A DNA stretch of 64,000 bases from Planctomycetota bacterium (lineage in GTDB: Bacteria > Planctomycetota > Planctomycetia > Gemmatales > Gemmataceae), in assembly GCA_021413735.1 (NCBI GenBank), contig JAIOPV010000276.1:5873-69872 (forward strand). Reading direction: 5' to 3'. This document shows positions 36,841 through 45,820 of this stretch, piece after piece. The translations under genes and the position numbers were made by a program. Each line of letters opens with the position of its first letter. The first letter of the stretch is position 1. Under the pieces are notes generated by a model. It was given only the letters and a program-made list of their open reading frames with translations. It was not told the DNA's origin and searched no databases.

Positions 36841-37881
36841 ATGAACGCACAACCGAAGAAGGATCCGCCGCCCGCGGCGCCGGTGGTGGACGTGAAGTTG
36901 GTACGGGAGGTCGGCGTGGGCTGCGACCTCCTGGCCGTTGCGGGTATCCCCGGTACGGCCAAGGCTTTCGCCGGGGGCACGGACGGAAAGATATACCTCA
37001 TCGATTTCGACGAGGCGAAACCAAATCCGGTGACGTGGGCCGCTCACACCGGCTACGTCAGCGGGCTGGCGCTGGCGGGCAAGTATCTCGTCTCCGGTGG
37101 GTCGGATCATCAGTTGATCTGGTGGGACGCCGAGACCCGCGAGAAGGTACGCGGCCTGGAAACGCACGACAAGAAATGGGTTCGCAGCGTGGCCGCATCC
37201 CCGGACGGCAAACTGGTCGCCAGCGCCGGCGACGACATGGTCGGCCGGCTGTGGGACGCGACATCCGGCAAACTCATTCACGAACTGAAGGGGCACGACA
37301 AGCTCACCCCGTACCAACTGGCGTCGAAGTTGTACTGCGTCCGCTTCTCGCCCGACGGCAAGCACCTCGCGACCGGCGACCAGACCGGCACCGCCGTCGT
37401 CTGGGACGCGGCCGGTGGCAAGGAGGTCGGGCGGGTCCGCGCCCCGAACCTGTACACCTCCGACACCAACGGGCACACCTACGGCGGAATCCGCGCACTG
37501 GCGTTCTCTCCAGACGGCACACGACTGGCGCTCGCGGGAAACATCGCCGGCGACACCTCCACGATCACCAACAGCAAGGCGCTGGTGCAGGCCTTCGACT
37601 GGAAGGCCGGGAAAATGACCCAGGACATCCCGGTGAAGGTCAACGCCTTCTTCGAGGCCGTCGCGTTCCACCCGAAGGAGCCGTGGCTGTTCGCCGCGAC
37701 CGGCGCCGGCGAGGGGAAGAAGGTCGTGATCCTCGACGTCGAGAAGGCGTCGGTGCTTCAAGAGATCACGTCGAACACTCCCCTCTTCGACGTGGCGCTG
37801 AACGCGGTCGGGGACACGCTCGTCGCGGTCGGCCGAAAGAAAGCGTTCTGCTGGCGACTCACCCGACGAGACCCCCAATGA
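36841..37881 (+). CDS. WD40-repeat protein
   Basis: 346 aa. HTGYVSGL..LVSGGSDH..IWWD, WVRSVAASPDGKLVASAGDD..RLWD and VRFSPDGKHLATGD. No clear signal peptide. Confidence 0.9.
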   Translation: MNAQPKKDPPPAAPVVDVKLVREVGVGCDLLAVAGIPGTAKAFAGGTDGKIYLIDFDEAKPNPVTWAAHTGYVSGLALAGKYLVSGGSDHQLIWWDAETREKVRGLETHDKKWVRSVAASPDGKLVASAGDDMVGRLWDATSGKLIHELKGHDKLTPYQLASKLYCVRFSPDGKHLATGDQTGTAVVWDAAGGKEVGRVRAPNLYTSDTNGHTYGGIRALAFSPDGTRLALAGNIAGDTSTITNSKALVQAFDWKAGKMTQDIPVKVNAFFEAVAFHPKEPWLFAATGAGEGKKVVILDVEKASVLQEITSNTPLFDVALNAVGDTLVAVGRKKAFCWRLTRRDPQ

Positions 37882-39515
37882 ACACGCCATTCCGCGCCAC
37901 GGTCTGCTTCGCACTGTTGCTCGCCGTCGGCATCGCCGTGGACACCGCGACGGGCACCGAACGTCTTCCGGCGGATCGACCCATGCCGGACGTAATCGAC
38001 CACCACGTCGATCAGCAGTTGCAGAAGGCGAAGGTCATCCCGGCCCCACAGGCCGACGACGCGACCTTGGTCCGGCGGCTCTACCTCGACCTCGCCGGTC
38101 GCATCCCGACCCCCTCCGAGGCCCGCGAGTACATCGACTCGACCGACCCGAGGAAGCGCGACAAGCTGGTCGCGGAGTTGGTCGCGTCACCCGAGTTCAT
38201 TCGCCACAACGCGAACGAGTTCGACGCCTTCCTCCGCAACGACAACGGCGACGGCGGGAGCGTCCGCCCGTACCTCCTGGCAGCTTTCAAAGAGGGACGC
38301 CCGTGGGATCGGATGTTCCGCGACCTGCTCGGGGCCAGCGAAACGCCGCACCCCACAAAGCCCGAACAGTACGTGCTGCGACGGCTCAAGGACCGCGATG
38401 CACTCACGCGAGACATCAGCAGTGTGTTCTTCGGGTTGAACATCAGTTGTGCTCAGTGCCACAATCACCCGTACCTGAAGTCGCTGACCCAGGACTACTT
38501 CTTTGGGATGCGAGAGTTCTTCGCCGCGTCCTATGATTTCCAGGGCAACCTCCTCGACCGCCGGTTCGTAAAGTCGGCCGAGTTCAAGCCGAAGTCCGGT
38601 GCCGCCCGACCGGTGAAGATGATGTTCCTGAACGGCCAGACGGTCGATCGCGCAGGCGAACCGGCCGACGACCTGGCGAAGGCCATCCAGGAGGAGACGA
38701 AGGCTATCGAGCAACTCGGCAAGGCGTATGCCAAGGATAAGGTTCTGCCGCCGCAGGCGACGTTCCGGGCCCGCGAGAAGCTGGTGGATCTGGCCCTGAC
38801 ACCGGAGAGCCGCGACCGATTCGCCCGGGCGATGGTGAACCGTCTCTGGTTCCGTTTTTACGGCGACGGGCTGGTGATGCGGGTGGACCAGATGCACGCC
38901 AACAACCCTGGGAGCCACCCGGAGTTGCTCGACTGGCTGACCCGCGACTTCATCGCTCACGACTACGATCTGAAACGGCTCATCGCGGGGCTCGTCTCGA
39001 GTAAGACCTACGCCCGCAGCAGCGAGTGGAAGGGGGTTCCGGTGCCGGCACCGGAGCTGTTCGCGGTGGCGTCGATCCGGCCACTGACCCCGGCGCAGTG
39101 GGCGGCATCGTTCCAACTCGCCAACAACCCGGCGCTGCTTGGCCGAGAGAAGACCTTCGAGGCCCGCGAGAAGGCTCTGAGCGCCCTTGAAAATGCCGCG
39201 CGGCCGCTCGAGAGCCTGATCCAGTATCCGCGGGACGACATGCCGATCCCGGTTACTGAATCGATGCGGCTGAGTAACGATCCGGGCCTCAACAAGTCGA
39301 TCGGCGCCCAGTTGCTTCCGGCACTGAAAAAGGCCAGCGACCGCAAGGCGCAGATCACCGAGGCTGTCTGGGCCGTGCTGTCGCGGCCGCCGACCGCCGC
39401 CGAGTACGAACTCTTCGAGTCGTACCTGGAGCGCCGGAAGGATCGGCCGGACGCGGCCCTCCAGCAAATGGTCTGGGCGCTCATCAACAGCCCCGAGTTC
39501 CGATTCAACCACTAG
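37878..39515 (+). CDS. DUF1549-DUF1553 protein (no N-terminal PSCyt1)
   Basis: Start MNTPFRATVC with ATGA overlap. ADDATLVRRLYLDLAGRIPT, CAQCHNHP and SHPELLDWL. Confidence 0.92.
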   Translation: MNTPFRATVCFALLLAVGIAVDTATGTERLPADRPMPDVIDHHVDQQLQKAKVIPAPQADDATLVRRLYLDLAGRIPTPSEAREYIDSTDPRKRDKLVAELVASPEFIRHNANEFDAFLRNDNGDGGSVRPYLLAAFKEGRPWDRMFRDLLGASETPHPTKPEQYVLRRLKDRDALTRDISSVFFGLNISCAQCHNHPYLKSLTQDYFFGMREFFAASYDFQGNLLDRRFVKSAEFKPKSGAARPVKMMFLNGQTVDRAGEPADDLAKAIQEETKAIEQLGKAYAKDKVLPPQATFRAREKLVDLALTPESRDRFARAMVNRLWFRFYGDGLVMRVDQMHANNPGSHPELLDWLTRDFIAHDYDLKRLIAGLVSSKTYARSSEWKGVPVPAPELFAVASIRPLTPAQWAASFQLANNPALLGREKTFEAREKALSALENAARPLESLIQYPRDDMPIPVTESMRLSNDPGLNKSIGAQLLPALKKASDRKAQITEAVWAVLSRPPTAAEYELFESYLERRKDRPDAALQQMVWALINSPEFRFNH

Positions 39516-39523
39516 AGCACGGT

Positions 39524-40885
39524 ATGACCACCACCTTCCGACCGGTGTTTTTCGGCGCGGCCCTGTGGTTCGTTGCTTGCGGGTCCACAGACGCCCACGC
39601 GGACGACTGGCCGCAGTTCCGGGGGCCGAACCGCGACGGCGTCTCTCGCGAAACCGGCTGGCTGACCGGGTGGCCGACCAACGGTCCGAAGGTGCTCTGG
39701 AAGGTGTCCGTTGGGCGCGGGTACTCGTCCGTTGCCGTGGTCAAGGACCGCCTATACACACTGGGGCTGCTGCCGAAGGATCCGGCCAAGAAGGACTCGC
39801 TCCAGGAGGTGGTTCAGTGTCTCGACGCGGAGACGGGCAAGCCGGTCTGGGAGTTCGTGAGCTCGACCGTGATCGATAAGAGTTTCCCGGGAGCGCGCTC
39901 GACGCCGACGGTTCAGGGCAAACACGTCTATGTGTTCGGGCAGGGGGCCGAACTGTACTGCCTCGAAGCCGCAAGCGGGAAGGTCGTCTGGCAGAAGCCC
40001 CTGATGAAGGAACTGGGCGCGCAGACCGTGACCTACGGGTATGCTGCGTCTCCACTCGTCGTGGACGATCTGGTTGTCGTGCCTGCCCGAATCCCGGCGG
40101 ACAAGGTACCGAAGGACAGCCAGCCCGCAGAACCGGGCCTCCTGCTCGCCTTCGACAAGGCAACCGGGAAAGAAGCGTGGCGTGTCTACCACCCGTCGGC
40201 GCAAATCGGCGGCGGATACTGGGCGGCCCCGACCGCTTGCACGATGAACAGCCAACCTTGTCTCGTGTTCTCGTCCGGCAACGCGGTACTCGGCATCGCC
40301 CCCACCACGGGGAAGGTGTTGTGGAAATACCAGTTCTCGGCCGAAGACTTGAAGACCAAGGAGGGACGCAAAGGGATCACGGCCCAGGAACCGCTCGTCG
40401 TCGGCAACCGCGTCGTGTGTTGCATTCACCCCGATAACTCAAACGGGTTGGGCGTCTGCCTCGAAGTGAACGGCGACGAGGTCAAGGAAGTGTGGCGCGA
40501 CAAACTGCTCGACAACTACACCTGCTCCTACGTCGCGTGGAAGGGCCACGTGTTCGGCATTCAACACAACGACACCGCGAGCCGGATCGGACCGTTGTAC
40601 TGCTTCGACGTGCAAACGGGGAAGAAGAAGTGGGAGATGCCCGATGCCGGTGGCGCCTTCACGCTGGTCGACGGGAAGTTCCTCACCTTCAACGGAGTCG
40701 AGGTCTTGTTGATCGAAGCCGCGACCGACGAACCCAAGGAACTGGCCCGCAGTCAGAAGCTGTTCACGAAGGAGGAAATGACGTTCCGCTACAGCGACCG
40801 CATCGCGCCGGTACTGGCCAACGGCCGGATTTACTGCCGGAACCAGAACGGCTTCATCGTGTGCCTGGACGTCGGCGGGAAATGA
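39524..40885 (+). CDS. Secreted PQQ-like beta-propeller protein
   Basis: 453 aa. DDWPQFRGPNRDG, GRGYSSVAV, GARSTPTV and APVLANGRIYCRN. Confidence 0.92.
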   Translation: MTTTFRPVFFGAALWFVACGSTDAHADDWPQFRGPNRDGVSRETGWLTGWPTNGPKVLWKVSVGRGYSSVAVVKDRLYTLGLLPKDPAKKDSLQEVVQCLDAETGKPVWEFVSSTVIDKSFPGARSTPTVQGKHVYVFGQGAELYCLEAASGKVVWQKPLMKELGAQTVTYGYAASPLVVDDLVVVPARIPADKVPKDSQPAEPGLLLAFDKATGKEAWRVYHPSAQIGGGYWAAPTACTMNSQPCLVFSSGNAVLGIAPTTGKVLWKYQFSAEDLKTKEGRKGITAQEPLVVGNRVVCCIHPDNSNGLGVCLEVNGDEVKEVWRDKLLDNYTCSYVAWKGHVFGIQHNDTASRIGPLYCFDVQTGKKKWEMPDAGGAFTLVDGKFLTFNGVEVLLIEAATDEPKELARSQKLFTKEEMTFRYSDRIAPVLANGRIYCRNQNGFIVCLDVGGK

Positions 40886-41014
40886 CGACTCGGCGAGATG
40901 CTTCAACTCGAGGCCACCAACGGCCGTCAACCTGGGTGAACGCATTCCTGGGGCGGGCCTCCCGGCCACGATCCCACAGTTACAATCGTCCTGCCGCCTC
41001 TCCAGGAGTTCCCG

Positions 41015-42010
41015 ATGTTCCGCGCGGTCCTCGTCCTCGTCTCGCTCTCACCCGTGCTGGCCGGGGAACCCCCGAAGGCTGACCTCCGTTGGCAGAAGGC
41101 GACCGCCTCCCCGTTCGCACGAGTCGAGTCCCCGACTGCCGTCATCGACGGCAAGATGTACCTGTTCGGCGGCTTTACCGACGACCTGGGGGCGTCGAAC
41201 CGGGTGGATGTGTACGACCCGGCAGCCGACGCTTGGGCCCGCAAAAAGGACATGCCTGCGGGTCTCACCCACCTCAACCCGGCTGTCGATGGGAAGACCG
41301 TCTGGTTCGCGGGCGGGTTCAAGGGGAAGCACCCCGGCCCGGCGACCGTCGAGGTGTGGAAGTACGATCTCGCCTCCGACTCCTGGGCCGCTGGGTCGCC
41401 ACTGCCGGAGCGGCGGACGGGGGGCGGATTGGTCGTGTTCCGTCGCCGGTTGCACTACTTCGGGGGCTACAAGGAGGATCGCGACACGAACGCCGGCGAC
41501 CACTGGAGCTTGTCGCTCGACGGGGGTAAGGAGTGGGAAAAAGAGGCGGCACTCCCCGACCCGCGTGGTCATCTGACGGCGGTGGTGCTGGACGGCATGA
41601 TCTATGCACTGGGCGGGGCTCATGGGCACGACAAAACGCAAATCGACGTGGCGTCCTGTCACCGCTACGACCCCGAGAAGAAGAAGTGGGCCGAGATCGC
41701 CAGCCTCCCCGACGGCCGGAGCCACTTCGAGTCCAGCACGGTCGTTCTGAACGGCCGGATTCTCGTTGTTGGCGGTCGGTGCAACAGTTCGAAGCCGCCC
41801 CGGAATGTCGTGGGCGACCTGCTGGAGTACGACCCCAAGGCGGATGCGTGGCTCGTCGTCGGTGGACTACCCGAAAAGGTGATGTCCCCGTCCGCGGCGG
41901 TCATCGGTGCGAAACTCGTGGTCATTGGTGGCGGCCTGAACAACCCGCGACCGCTCACAGCGGCTACGTGGGTGGCGGAGTTCCCGGGCAGGTCGACCGA
42001 GAAGCCGTAA
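41015..42010 (+). CDS. Kelch-repeat protein (NanM/galactose oxidase-like propeller), secreted
   Basis: Repeats DGKMYLFGG, HYFGG, DGMIYALGG, NGRILVVGG and YDP..D.W. AGGAG RBS and TACAAT at 40981-86. Confidence 0.9.
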   Translation: MFRAVLVLVSLSPVLAGEPPKADLRWQKATASPFARVESPTAVIDGKMYLFGGFTDDLGASNRVDVYDPAADAWARKKDMPAGLTHLNPAVDGKTVWFAGGFKGKHPGPATVEVWKYDLASDSWAAGSPLPERRTGGGLVVFRRRLHYFGGYKEDRDTNAGDHWSLSLDGGKEWEKEAALPDPRGHLTAVVLDGMIYALGGAHGHDKTQIDVASCHRYDPEKKKWAEIASLPDGRSHFESSTVVLNGRILVVGGRCNSSKPPRNVVGDLLEYDPKADAWLVVGGLPEKVMSPSAAVIGAKLVVIGGGLNNPRPLTAATWVAEFPGRSTEKP

Positions 42011-42031
42011 GGCGGTGTAAGGGGACGGACG

Positions 42032-42112
42032 ATGCTGACCTTTCGCCACAACGGCATCGACCGCTGACTGACGGACGTCTACGGTACCGTCATCCGCGAA
42101 ATCCTGAACTGA
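42032..42112 (+). pseudogene. Headless DUF1501 3' tail with an in-frame stop
   Basis: MLTFRHNGIDR*LTDVYGTVIREILN* matches the familiar DUF1501 C-terminus LT(F/Y)RHxGxDxRLTDVxGxVIxEIL. TGA (42065-67) sits where R is expected. Confidence 0.8.
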
Positions 42113-42170
42113 CAGCGTGCGTTCACGATCCCGAACCGCAACATTGGGATTCGATTGACAAGGAGACGAG

Positions 42171-42809
42171 ATGAACCGCTATTGCGTCACCGTGCTACTC
42201 ACGATCGGTTTCCTCGGTTTCAGCTTTGGGGCGGACGAGCCCAAGCCCGACAAGGACGGCTGGTACGATCTGTTCGACGGCAAGAGCCTCGATGACTGGA
42301 AAGCCGCCGAAGACCCGAAAGCCTTCAAGGTGGAAGATGGACTCATTGTGGCGGGTCCGTCGAAGCTGACCCACCTGTACTACAACGGGCCGATTCAGAA
42401 GGGGAACTTCAAGAACTTTGAACTGAAGGCCGAGGTGAAGACGCGCCCGAAGGGCAACTCCGGCATCTTCTTTCACACGGAATATCAGGCAAAAGGGATC
42501 CCGGGCAAGGGGTTTGAGTTTCAGATCAACAACACTGGGAGCGACCAGAAGTACCGGACAGGTGCCATCTACCCGACCAAGCCGCTGGACAAGGTTCTCG
42601 TCAAGGACGACGAGTGGTTCGAGTGCCACCTCTCGGTCCGCGGGAACAAGGTCGTGTTGAAGGTGAACGGCGAGATCACGCACGACGTGGAGTTGCCCGT
42701 TAACGCGAAGAGCGGCCTATCCCTTTCGAGCGGCACTTTCGCGATCCAGAGCCACGACCCGGGGAGCGTCGTCTACTTCCGCCGCATCCGAGTCAAGCCG
42801 CTGGAATGA
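42171..42809 (+). CDS. DUF1080 (3-keto-disaccharide hydrolase family) protein, secreted
   Basis: DGWYDLFDGKSLDDW, FKNFELKAEV, GNSGIFFH, GFEFQI and GTFAIQSHDPGSVVYFRRIRVK. Confidence 0.92.
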   Translation: MNRYCVTVLLTIGFLGFSFGADEPKPDKDGWYDLFDGKSLDDWKAAEDPKAFKVEDGLIVAGPSKLTHLYYNGPIQKGNFKNFELKAEVKTRPKGNSGIFFHTEYQAKGIPGKGFEFQINNTGSDQKYRTGAIYPTKPLDKVLVKDDEWFECHLSVRGNKVVLKVNGEITHDVELPVNAKSGLSLSSGTFAIQSHDPGSVVYFRRIRVKPLE

Positions 42810-43050
42810 CTCCGATGCTCCACGCCGAGCCACCCGCCTCGCATTCTGTGGCTCCCACCCCAGGACGAGATTCGACATGATCACGCCCGGTTCCGCCCCT
42901 GTCCGCAGAACCTTCTTGTGCGCCGCAGCAGCCCTCAACGGCGCTGTCCGGTGACGAGGTTGGAAATCTCCGGTCGCTGTCTGCTCCCGCGGACGTCGGG
43001 GTACTTTCTCGTGTCGCCCTCCTGCTACTTCCTCTTACCCGCCCGGTCAC

Positions 43051-43917
43051 ATGTCACGCCGTTCCCTTGTTTCCTGCGTCCTGGTGGCCCTCCTGGCCCG
43101 CACCGCTGCGGCCGACGAGGCCAAATCCGACGGCCACGCCTTCGTCGGCGTCACGTTCCAAAAGAACAAGGTGGTCGCCGTCTCGGCGAAGGGCGACGTG
43201 GAGTGGGAATACGACGCCCCCGCGTGCCTCGATGCCTGGAAGCTCCCGAACGGCAACGTTCTCGTCGCCAGCCGGTCGAAGGGAATTCTGGAGGTCACGC
43301 CGGAGAAGAAGGTGGTTTGGTCGTTCAAGCCGGACGGGGAGACGTACACCTGCCAGCGGCTGTCGAACGGGAACACCCTTGTGGGCGATAACAAGAACGC
43401 CCGGCTCATCGAGGTGGACGCGGCGGGTAAGATCGTCCGCGAGGTGAAATTGGCGACGAAGGCCAAGGAACACGGCATGATCCGCACGGCCCGCGCCGTC
43501 GGATCCGACCGTTATCTGGTGTGCCAGCGGGAGGACAACGTCGTCCGCGAGTACGACGCCGACGGCAAGGTAGTGTGGGAGCACAAGGTGAACGGCCCGA
43601 TGTCGGCCGTGCGGTTGCCCAACAAGAACACCCTCATCGCCGGCTACTTCGGCGGGGTGGTAGAGGTCGATCCGACCGGCAAGGAGGTCTGGAAGGTCAC
43701 CATGAAGGACTTGCCGGCGGGTGCGAAGGGACAGCCGTACGGGGTGCAACGATTGCCCAATGGCAACACCGTCTTCGTCGCCGACGGCACGGTGTACGAG
43801 GTCACGCCGGAGAAGAAGATCGTGTGGTCGCGGTCCGGCCCGGCCCTCGCGGGGTTATTTGGTGTGCAGATCACCGACGTTCCCGGCGACGCGACCAAGG
43901 GAGAAGTGCTGCGATGA
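43051..43917 (+). CDS. Secreted beta-propeller repeat protein (PQQ/NHL-like)
   Basis: Repeats LPNGNVLVA..ILEVTPEKKVVW, LSNGNTLV..LIEVD, LPNKNTLI..VVEVD and LPNGNTVF. Confidence 0.85.
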   Translation: MSRRSLVSCVLVALLARTAAADEAKSDGHAFVGVTFQKNKVVAVSAKGDVEWEYDAPACLDAWKLPNGNVLVASRSKGILEVTPEKKVVWSFKPDGETYTCQRLSNGNTLVGDNKNARLIEVDAAGKIVREVKLATKAKEHGMIRTARAVGSDRYLVCQREDNVVREYDADGKVVWEHKVNGPMSAVRLPNKNTLIAGYFGGVVEVDPTGKEVWKVTMKDLPAGAKGQPYGVQRLPNGNTVFVADGTVYEVTPEKKIVWSRSGPALAGLFGVQITDVPGDATKGEVLR

Positions 43918-45806
43918 CCCGACCGCAACTGCTGACCGGTATCGTCGCGTACGTCCTGCTGTCCGCCCCGGCCGTGGCCGCGGAGCCGTCCTTCGAGAAG
44001 GACGTGTTGCCCATTCTCAGAGCGCACTGCGTCTCGTGCCACGGAGGCGACAAGCCGAAGGCCGGGCTGGACCTCTCCACCGAGAAGGGCGTCACGGCCG
44101 GGGGGAAGAGCGGCGCGGTGGTGAAACCCGGCTCGCTGAAGGAAAGCCCCCTCTGGCTCAACGTCTCGACCGACAAGATGCCCGCGACCGGGCCGAAACT
44201 GACGGACGAGGAAAAGGCCGTGCTGCGGACGTGGGTCGCGGGCGCGAAGACCGGGACGGTTCAGCCCGTCAAGCCGGGCCAGAAGCGCGGCGTTACCGCC
44301 GCCGCGAAGGCCGTCGACGACGCCATCGAAGCCCGGCTCGCGAAGGACGGGTTGAAGCCCGCGGAGCAGGCCGACGATTCCGAGTTCCTCCGACGCGTTT
44401 ACCTCGACCTTACCGGGGTCGTGCCGACCGCGGAGAAGGCGGTCGCGTTCCTCGATGACACCTCGCCCGACAGGCGAGCCAGGCTCATCGATGAACTCCT
44501 CGCGTCGCCGGAACACGGGCGATTCGCTGGCGAGCAGTGGGCCGCGCTGCTCTCGGCAGAAGAACCCGAACTGCGGCCGAAACTGGCGGCGTGGCTGGCC
44601 GACCAGTTCAACCGCGGTCGCGGGTGGAACGCGGTCGTGAGCGATCTGATCGCGGCCGACGGGACCGGCCCGGAAACGAACTTCGTGATGGCCCACGCCG
44701 AGAACAAGCAGCCGGTGCCGGAGAAACTGGCCGGGGCCACGGCTCGGCTGTTCCTGGGCCTGCAACTCCAGTGCGCGGAGTGCCATAACCACCCGTTCAC
44801 CGAGTGGAAGCAGACCGACTTCTGGGCGCTGGCCGCGTTCTACAGCCGCGCCCGGATGGCGACCAAGCCGCCGGCGGGCCTCTCGGACTCCGAAACTCCG
44901 GTGATCAAGTTGCCGCCGCCGAAGAAGGGCGAACCGGCCGTCGATCTGAGCGGGGCGGTGATCCCGATCGGGGCGAACGCCGGCCGGGCCGCGGGGAAGC
45001 CCGTGCGGGCCAAGTTCCTCGGCGGTCCGGAGCCGGGGCTCGACCCCAAGGGCCCGTTCCGGCCCGCCCTCGCCGCGTGGATCACCGCCGCCGACAACCC
45101 GTACTTCGCCGACGCCACCGTAAACCGCGTCTGGGCCGAACTGTTCGGCCGCGGGCTGGTCAACCCGGTGGACGACCTCTCCCCGGAGAACCCCGCGAGC
45201 CACCCGGAGGTGCTCCGCGCCCTGGCCGATGAGTTCCGCGCGTCCGGGTTCGACCGCAAGCACCTGATCCGCTGCATCTGCAACAGCAAGACCTACCAGC
45301 GGACCAGTCGCGGGACCGACACCGCGGGCGAGAAGGTGTACGCCCGCGTGCCGGTGAAGGTGATGGCCCCCGGCGCGCTGTACGACTCGCTCGTCCGCAC
45401 CACTGGGGTGAAGGAGGTTCGGCTCGACGTGTACCTCCCCTCCGGCGGTCGCGGCGGGGTGACGGCCAAGCGGCCCGCGCGCGAGGTGTTCGTCCGGTTC
45501 TTCGGCACCCGCGATCCGGATGCACCCGGCACCGAGTACACCCACGGCATCCCGCAGGCGCTCGGGCTGCTCAACGGCCCGACGTTCACCCGCCCCACGC
45601 CCGTGGTCGAGCAACTCGTCAAGGACAAGGTGATGCCGGAAAAGGCGGTCGAGCGGCTCTACTTGGCCGCGCTCGCGCGCCGCCCGACGGCCGACGAAAC
45701 GAAGCTGATGACCGCCTACCTGGCGAAACGCACCGACCCGGCCATCGGGTACGCGGGCGTGCTGTGGATCCTGCTGAACTCCCCCGAATTCGTTCTCATT
45801 CGCTAG
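43914..45806 (+). CDS. PSCyt1-DUF1549-DUF1553 cytochrome c protein
   Basis: Start MTRPQLL with ATGA overlap. CVSCH, ADDSEFLRRVYLDLTG, CAECHNHP and NRVWAELFGRGLVNPVD. Confidence 0.93.
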   Translation: MTRPQLLTGIVAYVLLSAPAVAAEPSFEKDVLPILRAHCVSCHGGDKPKAGLDLSTEKGVTAGGKSGAVVKPGSLKESPLWLNVSTDKMPATGPKLTDEEKAVLRTWVAGAKTGTVQPVKPGQKRGVTAAAKAVDDAIEARLAKDGLKPAEQADDSEFLRRVYLDLTGVVPTAEKAVAFLDDTSPDRRARLIDELLASPEHGRFAGEQWAALLSAEEPELRPKLAAWLADQFNRGRGWNAVVSDLIAADGTGPETNFVMAHAENKQPVPEKLAGATARLFLGLQLQCAECHNHPFTEWKQTDFWALAAFYSRARMATKPPAGLSDSETPVIKLPPPKKGEPAVDLSGAVIPIGANAGRAAGKPVRAKFLGGPEPGLDPKGPFRPALAAWITAADNPYFADATVNRVWAELFGRGLVNPVDDLSPENPASHPEVLRALADEFRASGFDRKHLIRCICNSKTYQRTSRGTDTAGEKVYARVPVKVMAPGALYDSLVRTTGVKEVRLDVYLPSGGRGGVTAKRPAREVFVRFFGTRDPDAPGTEYTHGIPQALGLLNGPTFTRPTPVVEQLVKDKVMPEKAVERLYLAALARRPTADETKLMTAYLAKRTDPAIGYAGVLWILLNSPEFVLIR

Positions 45807-45820
45807 CCGAGGGCCGAGCC

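Noticed and set aside
1-43917. Calling the PQQ-like propellers BamB or PQQ dehydrogenases
   Set aside because: They are signal-peptide-bearing propellers of the expanded planctomycete type. No bam or pqq gene context or catalytic signature is visible, so no gene symbol was given.
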